In this document: positions 46,860-59,880 of the stretch, piece after piece
Position numbering within the stretch: the first letter of the stretch is position 1
How the letters are laid out: the number at the start of each line of letters is the position of its first letter
NCBI GenBank assembly: GCA_002269645.1
Contig: NIVC01000543.1
Span: 62,001-126,000, forward strand
Origin: Macrostomum lignano
Taxonomy: Eukaryota
Direction: 5' to 3'
Length of the DNA: 64,000 nt
Notes under the pieces: model-generated
Seen by the model: the letters and a program-made list of their open reading frames with translations, nothing else
The model's database searches: none
What the model was told of the DNA's origin: nothing
Position numbers and translations under genes: made by a program

Positions 46860-48210
46860 TCCAAAGGACTGGCCAGCCCTGTTGGCAGATCCCAACCGAC
46901 TGATTCAACTGTGGCAAAGGAAGGACCGGCTGGCTCTGCCGGCAGATCCAACCAGAGCTACTAAAACCAAAGCACCCAAAGACCTGCCAGATCTGCTGGT
47001 GGATCTAAGAGAACCGCGAGCTCTGAGCCTAAAGGACCGGCCAAATCTGGCAGATCCAACAAAGCTCAATGGGCTCGGCTTGAGCGCAAATATGCCAAAA
47101 GGCAGGCCAAGAAGGGAGCTACGGGGGCCAAAGCGGCGGTGTCCACCATAGACGCTGAAGCGACTGGTGTCCCAAGGCAACCAGACAGGCCAAGCCAGTG
47201 GAAGTTCTGTATATGCAATATACAGAACTCTGGTAGTTCTGTATAGGCGCTCCCTAGAGATGCTGCTGCAGCTGCTAAGGCTGAAACCATGGTGCAACAA
47301 ATGGCCACTGCCAACAAGGAGGTTCCTTTGGGAGCTACCTTTGAGGCAAAGGCCAAGGCCAAAATCCCAGGAGTGATAATTCAAGGTTGCGACTAGGACT
47401 GGACTACTGATCAGCTTCAAAAAGTGTGTAGTGCTATTGACTCCTATCTGATTGAGCTGACTGTCAAGGAGGGAATCTCTATTGGCATTGAGTGGATGGT
47501 GCTGCAAAGCACATTTGTTCTTATTGCTCCTAGCAGTGAGGATGCTTAGCAGCTGCTCCAGCGGCTGCCGATGGTCTCCTTGGATGCTGACCTTGGCGGA
47601 GCCCTTTTTCTTCACAAAGGCCAGTGTCTAAAGACAATACCCTGTGGTTTTTGTCTCTACAAAGAGCACCACAGCTGGACCAGACATTATTCTTACTTCG
47701 CCTGAATCCCAACCTCCCTTTTAGTGGACTGGTATATCCCCGTAATGTCTGCAGGGGGGGAAATGGGCAAATCAATCACCCTTGGCCTTTCCAATGCTTG
47801 GGCGAGTTGGTACCCTAACAGATCCTTTTTCCAGCTGGGTGCCCTCAAGCTCAAGATACGCCGAGGAAAGTCTGCCAAAGGGAAGGCTTCTGCCAACCCT
47901 GGCATTGCCAGCAAGAGTGGGGCACAGTCTAAGGCCCAAGGAAAGGCACAAGCTGATCCCAAAGCTGGAGCTATGTTTTGCCCCTCTGCTAGCAGCAATT
48001 TGGCAACCGCAGTGATGGCTCTGGTCAAGCCCCAGGAACTGAACCTGCTAGCTAGAGAAAGAGCCGAGGATGAGGCCGGGTCTTTGGAATCCAAGCTATT
48101 TTTAGCCACCCTGGTGGGATCTAAAGGCAAAGATGCAGATGAGAAAGCTTCTTCCATCCTGTTATTGGAGCCTGAAGACTCTGCTAGGGAGGCTGGTGGT
48201 GTAAAATAAA
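46860..48210 (+). pseudogene. Decayed ORF1-like remnant of a non-LTR retrotransposon (R1/LOA-like, DUF4780-like)
   Basis: A basic low-complexity stretch (KAQWARLERKYAKRQAKK) is followed by broken frames including LRLNPNL...DWYI...GKSITLGL...FQLGALKLKIRR, reminiscent of DUF4780. It has stops and frameshifts. The assignment is from memory of the motif only. Confidence 0.4.
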
Positions 48211-48763
48211 ATACAATAGTCTACTATGGTCTTCATATAGGCCTAAAGAACTCATAGGCCCTATCCATTGCCATTTCTATACTATATCAGCATTATCACT
48301 TATTGGCAATAGCTGAAAAAATTAATTTCTTGTTTATACTATAATTAACAGTCCTAGCAATGGTAGGTTAATGTGAAGCACAAATGTTAATGGCCAAATT
48401 GCCACTTATGCACTGCACTCGTGCCCTTGGCTATTAACTTGAATTTGTGCTTCATAGTTAGCTGCATTGATTGAATTGTCTATGGGTGAAAAGGCAGGAA
48501 AGAAAATATTGATGCATACACTTTATGTCAATGGCCAGTACTGCAGATAACATTGGTGAAGCAGTTGTCTATGGCTGAAATTGGATGCCATAGACATCTA
48601 AATTGGAGACTAGTGATATTCAAAAGCTTGCATGCTTACTTTGAGGGAGGTACGACAATGGCAGAGCAGGACAAATTTCTGTTTTATGTCCTTTTTTGCT
48701 TGGGCAAAAGAGGCCAAGAGCATCTGCAGCATCTGACACTACGAGATGCATTGGAGCTGCATA

Positions 48764-49050
48764 CTGATGTCCTCTACTGTGAGCGCTCTCGGCACCGCGG
48801 CCTGCAGTACCGCGCCGATGCTGGCGCCAGGGTCGAGGCCGCCTCCTAGAGTCGAGCGAATGGCTCTGCAGATTCAGCACATGAACTTCAAGGTGGTGTA
48901 TCGCCCAGGGCCCCAGAATGCGGCAGACATCCTCAGCCGACAACCGCTAGCGACATCCGGGCACAACAAAGATGCACAGCAGAACTCCGCCAGCATCGGC
49001 GCGGTACTGCAGGCCGCGGTGCCGAGAGCGCTCACAGTAGAGGACATCAG
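48764..49050. repeat. Perfect 63-bp inverted repeat with 161-bp spacer at the Gypsy truncation point
   Basis: 48764-48826 is the exact reverse complement of 48988-49050. Confidence 0.95.
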
Positions 49051-50599
49051 GCGGCACTCGCAGGCTGACCCGCTGATCAAAGCCGCAATCGCCGCCATCC
49101 AGGGAGCCAGGTGGGACCTCGGCCACCCGGAGCTGAGGTCACTGTATGCACTACGAGACGAGCTTGCTGAGGAGGACGGAGTGCTGCTTCGGCGGGACAG
49201 GATTGTGGTGCCAAGCAGCCTCCGGGAGACAATGTTGCGCCTCGCACATGCCGGACACCTGGGACTGCGGAAGACACTGGCCAGGCTGAGCAGCAAAGTC
49301 TGGTGGCCAAAGATGAGCGCAGATGCGGACAAGGCCGTCAGCAGTTGCCGCAGCTGCATCATGACATCACATAAGCCGACAGTCAGCGCGACGCCACTGC
49401 AGTCGTCCAGCATCCCCAAGGGCGCCTGGCTGTCGATTGGCGCCGACTTCCTCGGTCCGGTGCAGAACAAGATGCTGCTCGTCTGCGTGGATCACTACTC
49501 CCGGTATCCCGAGGTGCAGGTCATGCAGTCTACTACAGCGGAGGCAGTCATCCCGAAGCTGCGGGAATCATTCTGCAGGTTCGGCATCCCAGAGGAGCTC
49601 GTTACGGACAATGGGCCTCCATTCTCGTCGGCGCAGTTCAAGGATTTCCTCAGGAGCTTCGGAATTCGACACCGGGCCATCACTCCGCTCTACCCTGCGG
49701 CCAACGGCATGACCGAGCGCCTGAACAGATCGATCAACAAGGTCGTCCGCGCTGCAATCGCGGAGAGCAGGGACTGGCGCGAGGCTCTGGACGAGTGGAT
49801 TCTGGCGTACCGGACGGCGCCACACGCCACAACCGGACGCGCACCCGCGGAGCTGCTGATGGGCCGCGCTTTGGGCAACGGCGTCCCCGGCCGGCGGCCA
49901 CCAGCGCGGGTGCGCATCAACGACAAGGAGCTGCGGGAGCACGACCGCAAGCAGAAGCTGACGATGAAGCGGCACGCCGACGCTGCTCGAAGACCAAGAG
50001 AGCACAACTACGCGGTCGGCGACCAGGTGCTGCGGAAACGCGTCAACCCGCTGAAGGGCCAAACCCCATTTGAGAGCGAGCCCTGGACTGTGACCAAAGT
50101 GCAAGGCAACTCGCTGCAGCTACGGCGCGGTCAGGCCACTTGTCGGCGACACTGCACGGCCCTGAAGGCGCTGCCACCGGAGCCCGACCTGGTGGAGCCG
50201 CAGGCGGCGGCACCCGACGCTGCCGGCCCCGCCGACGTCGAGCAGAACGTGCCGATCGCCCGCACCCCGCATCCGAGAGCGGCGAAGGAGGGATTCAAAG
50301 TCTACACTTGATTGAGGGGGGGGTGATTTGATAGTCTTGAAATCCGTCACAACTGTTTAAAAATGTTTGAAACTGTTAAATGTACACTTTGCTTACTAGT
50401 ACAGATAAGGGGGCGAGAGTTAGAGAGAGAAAGCCGGCTGACGTACGGACCCGGAAAAATGGGGTGGGCGCTCTATAGCAAAACAATGGCTCACACATAC
50501 TGACTGTGATGGTAAAGAGTTTTACTTACTGTCTCCCACCTCTTTTATCTAAGAATAAGTCCGCGGATCCAGTGAGAAGTAAAGCAAAACCTGACAACA
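48827..50599 (+). mobile_element. 5'-truncated Ty3/Gypsy LTR retrotransposon (RNase H tail, integrase, PPT, probable 3' LTR)
   Basis: The frame is open to 50311, with YRPGPQNAADILSR, zinc finger HAGHLG...CRSC and DDE core GADF / VTDNG / [19 protein letters not shown] at 50314-50323 is followed by TG at 50324. The LTR end near 50599 (CAACA) is tentative. Confidence 0.85.
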
Positions 50600-51485
50600 A
50601 GCAGGCAAGGATTTACGATACTAAAAAGGTATTCGTACAATAGTATCTAGACCTTCTACCAGTTGAAACCAAGGATAACCATCTATTTCCATGGCCACTA
50701 GCAAAATCTGCAAATAAAAGTCCTATATGTTCAATGCAGCAGAATTGCAGTGTCAACTATCTTGTTCGATTCATGTATAACTTGAGTGAGAAGGCTGGGC
50801 TATCAAAGATGTATTCTAACCATTGCATCAAGTAGTACGACTTTTTTGATCTTGAAAATAACAGATATTAGATCTTTAATTTTCCTGAGAGAAAACATTG
50901 TAAACTACAATTTATTATGTAATGTAATCATCATTGATCATATTTTCTTAGGGTCACCAGGATTATGGATCTAGAGGCCCCGGGATATAGCATGGCCAAC
51001 ATTGTCTATCATTGGCCAAACATCTAAATGAATGGCATGCAGGTACCTTACAAAACATTGAGACCAATTTCTGCAAGCAAGCAGCTATGCTATGACGTTG
51101 GTATTGGCATTGCAAACTAAAGAAGAAGTTAAAAGTGACCAGGCCAGACATGTAGGACCAAGCAATTCTAGGGCCAGTGAGCTGGATGCCAATATAGTGT
51201 CAAACATGCAAATCACCAGCGTTAATCAGGAAAATCTGGCAACGGAAAAGTTTAGCTTTAATAACTATACTTTCTTTGAATGCAAATTCATTTAATAAAT
51301 AAGACTCTAATGATATTAAGCTTAATATGACTTGATAGAACTTTACTATAATTAATTTAAATACTATTGTCACAATAAATAAATAAACATTTAATAATCT
51401 TAAATAAATAATAACTAAATAAATATATCTTGTTCAACTAGGCCAAGACTAAAAACCTTTTAGTTTTTATAATAAAAAGACAAAA

Positions 51486-52272
51486 GGCTCATTCCATATA
51501 AGCATGGTCGTAACATGACAGGTTATTTTTACTTATAAAATGAAATCTAATAATAGAATATACTAAACCAATATTTTAAATGAAAGATTATTTTGTCTAG
51601 AATATATTTATAGAGTTTCATATAGATATCATCATTAGTATAGATGCTATTAAACCTTAAATGACACTTATGGTCGTAACGACAGGATTTTTGACATATA
51701 GAAACTAAAAGGTAAAAGTCTTATAACATTTTTCATTTTTGATATTTTGCAATACATTTTTAAAATTTGACTAAGAACATCTTTAGAAATCATACTCTTT
51801 TATTAGAATATATAAACTCAAAAGGCAACAAAGATACAAAAGAAAAGGCAGCCTTATGGTCGTAACATTATGGTCGTAACATATTTTTTTCTGTCAATTC
51901 AGTAATTTTGAGGTACTAATACATTAAAAATATAATAGATTATTTGGTCACCAATGCTTTTATCTGATGATGCAAGTACTATACTTTTATCTATAGTTTG
52001 TTTCAACCTTCAAAAGCTTTCTATTTGTTTTTAAAAGGTACAAAATCTTAATGATGTCTTTTGCTTCGAAAAATGTCCAAATTTTTACAAAAATGACTTT
52101 TTGCCAATTGATAACATACTAATCCAACATTTTACCATTCCTTTATTCTTAGATTGTATATATTGCACAATATAAACATTTTGTAAAAAAAATAGGCTAA
52201 TTAGGCAATGGCAAGCAAAAATATTGACTTTTTTCTATTTTCCAAATATGTCCATCTTATATGGAATGAGCC
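51486..52272. mobile_element. TIR element (PIF/Harbinger-like MITE), about 790 bp
   Basis: TIRs (A)GGCTCATTCCATATAAG and CTTATATGGAATGAGCC(T). The flanks AAA and TAA are compatible with a 3-bp TAA TSD with one change. Internal repeats of TATGGTCGTAAC. Confidence 0.7.
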
Positions 52273-52412
52273 TAAAGAAGTATATATTTAATTCAATAAT
52301 AAAACATAATAGTTAAATCTGCACATCTTTATTGTCAAAATGTAATATCTCTATGATATAACATTGACATTGTTGGCAAATTGTCTTTTTAAAATAGTAA
52401 TCAAGCAAATTA

Positions 52413-52733
52413 TAGTGGCATAGCCAAGAATTTCAATTGGGAGGCCAGGTTGGCCTGGCTGGCTATGCCTTATGCCATTGCCACTTTTGGTGCCATAGGC
52501 ACTTATTTTGGCACCACAGCCTCAGGCCTAGGCACTTTTTTGGCACCATAGGCATAGGCACTCATTTTGGTACCATAGGCACTTATTTTGATACTGCAGG
52601 CACTCATTTTGGCGCCGCCGCCATAGGCACTTAATTGCCCAATTGTTTTTTGGTACCTGCCATGCCCAACCCCAACCCCCCTTTCTAGGCAATTGGGGGA
52701 GGGGGCCATAGCCCCTTCTTGGCTATGCCACTG
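52413..52733. mobile_element. hAT-type MITE, 321 bp
   Basis: TIRs TAGTGGCATAGCCAAGAA and TTCTTGGCTATGCCACTG. 8-bp TSD GCAAATTA versus GCAAAATA (1 mismatch). Internal GGCAC...TTTTGG repeats. Confidence 0.78.
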
Positions 52734-53622
52734 GCAAAATAGTAGTAAGTCTAGCTAAAGAATATAATTTGGCTCAAATGAATAGACTAGGCTATGACAT
52801 TTTGAAATGAATACTTTCAATAATTTCATATGCACTGAGTGGGTATATAGTGAAGTGTGTGCTTAGTCTTAATGCCATCATGGTATTGGTAATGAATATG
52901 CACATTGCACTAGGCCTATGCCTAAATAATAATAGGGCCTATAGGGGCCTATTAGGAAAAACATAAGGGCTATGCCCTATCATTTTTAGCATTTGCTTAT
53001 AAGTTATAGGCCTAATAATAGTGATCAAATTGAACCAAACTGAATTAAATTTAATCACATCAGTCAAATCAAACCAAATTGGATTCAATAGGCCTAGGCC
53101 TAAGACCATGGCAACTTTGGACTTTAGTGTCTACTGTAGTGAAGTTATAGAACTATTTATTAGAAGGCATTTGGTAGTTGCCCGTTGGCAGTAGGACCGT
53201 AGGGCGTAGGGGCAGACAGGCTAGGGCTGCAGTGTAGACCTAGTCCGGCTAGTCCTAGTCTAGTGTTCTAGTCGTAGGCTAGTAGATTAAGGTGTGAGTA
53301 CAAGCATCAGCTCAGCAGCCACCACTATACTATACTTTATACTTTCGTTCCGTTAAAAATAAAAAACTACTAATTTTTTTAGTAAATATTTCTGCCTTTT
53401 TAAACCTCCTACTCTTATGCTAACTAAAACTAATATATTGTTATACTAGTGTAAGTCAAGCACATATGCTAACTAAAACTAATATATTGTTATACTAGTG
53501 TAAGTCAAGCAAACTGTGCGATTTTGAATTTTAACTTGCATAACCTAAAGTCTATAGATAGGATCACTCATATTGAAACCGCTCACTCCAAGTCGCAGGT
53601 CGAGTCCAGGCCCAGGGGAGAG

Positions 53623-53957
53623 TGTTGTATCTCTGGTGATAGAATGAACAGAGACCTCTTATTAATTGCTGATTAACCGGGCCGACAGGATACTCGGCAG
53701 CGAGGAAGAGTATATTTGTAGCAGTAAGCGATTAGGACGCGAAGAAGAGAGAGACGTAGTCTTGGTTTTAGTACAGTACGGGTGTTTCTATTTATAGCCT
53801 TGGGGACGTGCGAGAGAAGTTTCTAGAATGCTATTTTTAGTATAGCTAGGGGGAGAGCGCAGAAGTTTCCAAAAGAAGCTACATAGTAAACATTATTATA
53901 TAATTTATATACTAACTTTATACTGTACTGGAAACATATTCGTATAGCGTCACGACA
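53623..53957 (-). repeat. 3' LTR, 335 bp
   Basis: Direct repeat of 58313-58638 with three substitutions and a few small indels by eye. Terminal TGTTGT/ACGACA. Confidence 0.95.
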
Positions 53958-53991
53958 CCTCCCCACCAAGCTGTGAGCACGGCTGACAAAG

Positions 53992-56900
53992 TTACAGGTC
54001 CATTCGCAGACGAGGCTTCCTTTGCCTCTCAGAGCGTCGTGGATTGTCCGGCCCGTAAGCCGGCGGCAGTGGAACTTGCTCCCGCGCATATCGGAGGCGC
54101 GGAGGCGCGGGCTGGGGCTTCGGGTGCACCGCTGTCGACGGCACGTCGGCTTGTAGAGCTGGCAGCACTCCCGGTTCGCTGTCCTCCACAGACGCATGGC
54201 GTGGTTGAAGCTGGTCGTAGTGGCGACGCCAGGTTGGCCCGCCGGGAACCACCTTCACGTTGACGCTGCGACTACCATGCCGTTTTGTGACGACAGCCGG
54301 CACCCAGCGGCCTTCCCTCTCGCGGCGCGGTCCATAGTAGCGGGCGTAGACCGGATCTCCGACATTGTAACTCCGTTGGACTTTAGCGACCTCTTGCCGA
54401 TTCCTGGAGGCCTCAGCTTGTCTCACCTGGCGGCCTTGGGCGAGATGTGCTGGTGAAGGCAGAAGCGTGTCGATCTGCGTCCTGATCTGCCGACCGTTTA
54501 GGAGTTCACTCGGAGAGTAGCTGTTGCTAGTCGGGGTCCGCCGATATTGCATCAGAAATTCCTGCAGTGCTCGTAGAGGTGGCAGGCTCGACTTCCGCAT
54601 GGCCTTCTTGAAGGTCTGGACTAGGCGCTCGGCCGCACCGTTAGTGGCAGGATGGTACGGAGCACCAGTTAGGTGTGTGATGCCGTGTTCGCGGCACCAA
54701 GCCTGAAATTCCTCGGCCATGAAAGTAGACGTGTTGTCTGTGACGATGGCGTGCGGGTAGCCGAAGTGAGCAAAGTCCTTCCTCGAGCAGACTGATAGTC
54801 GACCGAGTTGACAGAGAGTACGCCGAATGTATGCACGGATACTTTGAGTAGGCGTCGATGAGGACCAGCCAATTGGTGCCTAGGAAGTCGACTGCGTGGT
54901 CCAGGTGTAGACGACTCCATGGCTTCTCGGGCATCATCCACGGGTGCACGGCAGCCTTTGGTGGATGATTCTGATGTTCTGCGCAGCTGTGGCATCCACG
55001 GCAGAGCCTCTCGATGTCATCGTCGATGTTTGGCCAGTAGACTGCGGACCGTGCCAGCTGTTTCATCTTCTGCATCCCGAAGTGTCCGAGGTGAAGGATT
55101 TTCAGCACCTCATTCCTAAGGCTCCTTGGCACCACGAGGCGGCATCCATGCAGGAGGCAGCCGTTGCAGCATGAGAGGGTGTCCCGGATCTGCCGAAGGC
55201 GCGTCACCTCGGCGTCCTCGTGTCGCTTGTCCTGCGGCCAACCCTCTCGGCAGTAGCGCATGACGGTGGAGGTCACTGGGTCTTTCGAAGACTCCTTGGC
55301 CATGGCTGAAACGTCAGCTGGCTGGATTTGCAGGCTCAGGACCTTGATCGCGCAGACCATGTCAAAGTCGGCTGCGCTCTCCTCCACGTCGAAATCTGGG
55401 TCATCTCCGGCTGGCAGGCGGCTCAGAGCGTCGGCATTTCCGTGGCACTTGGTCTGTCGATACTCGACTTCATAGGTGAAACCGTGGAGCAGGTTGGCCC
55501 AACGTGCCAGACGGTTTGCTGCCATCAGCGGTGTCTCCTTTTCGGGTCCAAACAGCGAAAGCAGCGGCTTGTGGTCCGTGACCAAGATAAACTTGCGGTT
55601 GAATAGGTAATGGAAAAACTTCTTCAGGCCAAAGACAATTGCGAGAGCCTCCTTTTGGATCTGAGGGTATTTGCGCTGAGCATCCGTGAGAGACTTAGAA
55701 ACGTTGGCGATCGGCCGCTCGCTACCATCTGGGTAGCGGTGGAAGAGGACGGCGCCGATCCCGAAATCGGATGCGTCGCAGGAGAGCCCGAGGGGGAGGT
55801 TGGCATCGTAGTGCACCAGCACGTTGTCCGACGAGAGCTCCTTCTTGATCCTGTCGAAGGCTTGCTGCTCCGCATCTCCCCATGTCCATTTCACGTCCTT
55901 CCTGGTGAGTCGGTACAGCGGCTCTGTAATTGTAGCCATGCTCGAGGGCAGGAACTTCGCGTAGAACTGGACGGAGCCAAGGAACGAGCGGAGGCTGGAG
56001 ACGTCCTTCGGCGGTGGCATCTCGCGGACGGCATCCACCTTGGATCCTTTGGCGATACCTTCCTTTGAGAGCACGTAGCCCAAGTACTCAATGCTGGGCA
56101 TGGCGAATTGGCACTTTTCTTTCCGGCAGCGGAGTCCTTTGTCGCTGAGTCTCTGGAAAAACCGGCGCAAGTTGGCAAGGTGCTCGTCGGCCGTTGCTCC
56201 ACCGACGAGGTAGTCGTCCAGGTAGAAAACGACACCAGGCAGATCTCCAGCCACCATTTCCATGATGAACTGGAACTCACCAACGGCAGACTTCGGGCCG
56301 AAGGCAAGTCGCTTCTGTAGGAGAACTCCGCGATGTGTACTCAGGGCCAGGCGCCTCTGGCTCACTGGTCCCAACTCGACCTGGTTATAAGCGTCGGCCA
56401 GGTCGATCTTGGAGAAGCAGTAGCTGCCTCCCAGCTTCTGTAGTAGCTCTTCCGGGAGAGGCAGTGGGTGACGGTTGTCTCCGAGCTGCGGGTTTATTGT
56501 GCAGGAATAGTCGCCGCAGACTCTCAGCTTCGGCTTCTCGGAGCCGGTTGAGGGCTTGATCACGGGAACCACGGGTGTCCCGTATTCGTTGAAGTCGGTT
56601 GGCTCCCAGACTCCTTTTCTGATTCCCTCGTCGTAGGCACGCTCGAGCTCCTCGCGGATGGCGAAAGGGACTGGCCTTGCCTTCCGGAACACCGGCTTAG
56701 CTTCCGGCTTGAATTTTAACTCTAGCTTGTAGTCCTTGAGACATCCCAGTTCGTCCTTCCACAGGTCTGGGAATTCGTCACAAAGACTCCGGCAGGCCTC
56801 TTGGAGTGCCTCGTCCGGCTTCAGGTGGTCAAACACCGCGTTGATTTCACGGGTGGCACCAGCGGTGCCAAGTAGCTCGTCGACAGAGATGCCCAGCTGC

Positions 56901-58220
56901 TTTGTAGCAGTCCGGCCTAACAGATTTAGACCGGGGACCTGTGTGACGATGTACTGAATGTCGAGCTCTGTAGTAGAACCAGGAAGTGTCGTCTTTCCGA
57001 CAAAGGTGCCAAGGACTGGCACGTCGTGCTTGCTGGCGGATTCGTAGCGGGACTTGGCTTCTTCGAGCGGCGGAGTCCCCAGCTTCTTCCAGATAGCTTC
57101 TGTGATGAAGTTGCCGTTCGTCGCAGTGTCGGCCTCAAGGGTGATTCTCTCACCTTGGATGCATATCGACACCTCTAGTCTGGGCAGTTCGTCCTCTTTT
57201 TGAGCCACGGCATGAACGCGACCATGCTCCTCGACCTGTCTCACTGCCTTCTTGGTAGCAGCTGAGGCTGGGGGATGGCCACTGGCCTTTGAACGGCAGA
57301 CGGCTTCTAGATGGCCTACCTTCTGGCAATGGCGACAGGTGGCATCCTTAAAACGGCAGTCGGTTGCGCGATGGTTCTTTGCTCCACAGCGGTAACATGG
57401 ACCTGATGTAGTGCCTGGACCAGATCCAGAACAAGTGGACACAGTACGGGGCTTCGCGGGCGTGACACTGGACCGTCGGCCACCCTGCTTGACCTTGTTC
57501 ACAGGGCTGGCTTTATCGCCGTAGACAGTTTCCTTGGCGACACGGGCGGCGTCCTCTGTCTCGAGGGCGACTTTGACAGCATGGGCGAAGGTGAGCTCTT
57601 CCACATCGACCTTTAAACAGCGCCTTCAGCACAGCCTCGTTTCTGACTGAGCAGATGAAACGGGTGCACAGGGCCTCGTCCAGCGGGTCCTTGATAGAAG
57701 GAAAATCGCAGGTGGCGGCGTCCTGGCGAATCCTCGCCGCCAGCTCCTGGATGGTCTCGCCGGGCTTCCTCCGCATGTCGCTCCAGAACTTAAAACGCTC
57801 CCGCACGATGAAGCGCCGTGGATCGTACTGATTCTTCATGAACTCTGCGATTTGGTCCATTGAAAGCTTGTTGACGTCCTTGGGTGGATCCTGCTGGGCA
57901 GCAAGATTTGTCAGCAGTTTGTAGGTAGTTGGCGACTGATTCGTCAGAAATACTTGCGCCTTCTTTTCCTCCGGGATGGAGTTTGCCCCGGTGAAGGTAC
58001 AGAATCTGGCCCAGTAGTCGGGCCACAGCTCAGAAGTAGCGTCGAACGGAGAGAAACTTGGGGTCGCAGTCGTCAACTGTACAGGTGTGGGCGCAGCCGG
58101 GGATTCACCTGCTGATTTTAGAGACCGGAGTAGCTCCAGCATCATCTGCCGATCAGCATCCCGCTGCCGGCGCTCTTCTTCCATCTGCTGCCGTAGGAGG
58201 TTGATCACTTCTTCGGTCAT
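53992..58220 (-). pseudogene. gag-pol polyprotein broken by two single-base frameshifts (about 1408 aa if repaired)
   Basis: ORFs 58220..57513, 57604..54641 and 54720..53992. It has two CCHC knuckles (CYRC...H...C, CRHC...H...C), protease LEADTATNG, RT YLDD, RNase H DASDFG/TDHKPL, integrase HLGHFG...CHSC and VTDN...NGAAER. The frameshifts are near 57611 and 54778. Confidence 0.9.
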
Positions 58221-58285
58221 GGTAGCTTGATGCCTCGATTGCAGTGACTGTCGTTGTAGAGTAGAAGTCCTCGAAGGCTATCAAG

Positions 58286-58303
58286 ATCCTGCTTGCGACG
58301 CCA
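58286..58303 (-). other. Primer-binding site complementary to a tRNA-Ser-like 3' end
   Basis: The minus strand TGGCGTCGCAAGCAGGAT is the complement of ATCCTGC-TTGCGAC-G-CCA (T-stem, acceptor stem, G discriminator, CCA), the layout of eukaryotic tRNA-Ser. It lies 9 nt from the 5' LTR. Confidence 0.7.
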
Positions 58304-58312
58304 GAAAATCCC

Positions 58313-58638
58313 TGTTGTATCTCTGGTGATAGAATGAACAGAGACCTCGTATTAATTGCTGATTAACCGGGCCGACAGGATACTCGGCAGCGAGGAAGAG
58401 TATATTTGTAGCAGTAAGCGATTAGGACGCGAAGAAGAGAGAGACGCAGTCTTGGTTTTAGTACAGTACGGGTGTTTCTATTTATAGCCTTGGGGACGTG
58501 CGAGAGAAGTTTCTAGAATGCTATTTTTAGTATAGCTAGGGGAGAGCGCAGAAGTTTCCAGAAGAAGCTACATTAGTAAACATTATTTTATACTAACTTT
58601 ATACTGTACTGGAAACATATTCGTATAGCGTCACGACA
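58313..58638 (-). repeat. 5' LTR, 326 bp
   Basis: Direct repeat of 53623-53957. Confidence 0.95.
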
Positions 58639-59880
58639 GAGAGGGGGTGGGGGCGGCCGCCCCTCTCTTTTGCCGTGGCTGGACTTGCATATGAGGGGGT
58701 ATTGAAGTTTTGGGTTTATTTGGGGCTTATTTTGGGCCAACTCAAACAGTTGGGCCAATCCGTCCCCTACTCCGCAACTGTCTCATTGCTCTATTTGATC
58801 ATTGTCTTTAATTCGATTGTAGCGTAAAGTATCAATCTTAGAAAGTACATGTACGCCAGATTTATTTTTAGAATTAGAATTTTCGAGAAATTACTTTTTT
58901 TAGTGCAAAGTTAAAGTTTAATCCAGAAATTCCTTTAGTTTAATTAAATGTTAGTTTTACTGCTTAATATTAGGTATAAAATTTATTGTTGTCCTATTTA
59001 TTAATGCATTTGTACGGTAGTGTTACGTAATAGCATTTAAAATATTTAATTTTGTTGTAACTAACGAAACTTCTAGAAATTTCCGGTTATACTCAGTTCA
59101 GTACTATAAGTAAACGTAACCTAAGTACTTCAACTCTTAAAGTGATTCTGTTCATACAGCAAACACAGAGCCACCGCCTTTGCTCTTTATCTTCATCAAC
59201 AATTGCTACACGATCTTCGCTATTCAATTAGATTTATATACATGTAGGATAAATTAATAATTCGCACTTGGGGGGAGTGGGGGAGAGTCGAGACTTTTAT
59301 TAACTTTTCTACTACGCTCGTGTCAGTGAAACATGAAGATTGACAAACTATGTAATTCATGTGAACAATAGAATAGAAGTTAGTTAATAATCTTGATGTC
59401 GTTAGTTTTATTGCTTAAAAATCAGTAAACTAAATATTTCAATAAGCTACTCGTACTACCTGCTTTGAAAATAGCGCTGTCTGAGTAAGTTCAAGTTCAT
59501 AAACATTGCAAGTCTGTGCAGCTCAGCCACAGAATGCTTGCTTTACTGGGTGGAAGCCATGTTAGACGCACCCAGTTGGGACACCAGTTCAACACGTGCA
59601 GAAAAGTTTATAAAGGCGTGAAGTCTGAATTCAAATTTTTTGCACTAGAACTCGACAAGTCAGATTTCTACAAAAATAGCATCCACGTCCACCTCAAAAT
59701 GAGTCGAACAAATATTTAGAATAAATCTATATTTGTTTTGAAAAAGTTAGCGCAAGACAAGGTAAGCGAGAATCAATAATTCTTAAACATTACGGTAAAG
59801 AGCAAAAATGGAATTCAGCAAACGCAGAAAAATGGAACCGATCACCCGTGTGGTGCGCATAAAGACAATAATCACCACGA

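Larger units (their letters stand above)
53623..58638 (-). mobile_element. Full-length Ty3/Gypsy (Mag-like) LTR retrotransposon, 5016 bp
   Basis: TG...CA LTRs at 53623-53957 and 58313-58638, 5-bp TSD GAGAG on both sides, PPT GGTGGGGAGG (53958-53967) and PBS at 58286-58303. Internal order is gag, PR, RT, RH, IN. Confidence 0.96.

Noticed and set aside
57513-57620. Programmed gag/pol ribosomal frameshift at TTTAAAG
   Set aside because: It needs a +1 shift, falls before the gag zinc knuckles, and an equivalent extra base occurs inside integrase. Mutation or sequencing error is simpler.
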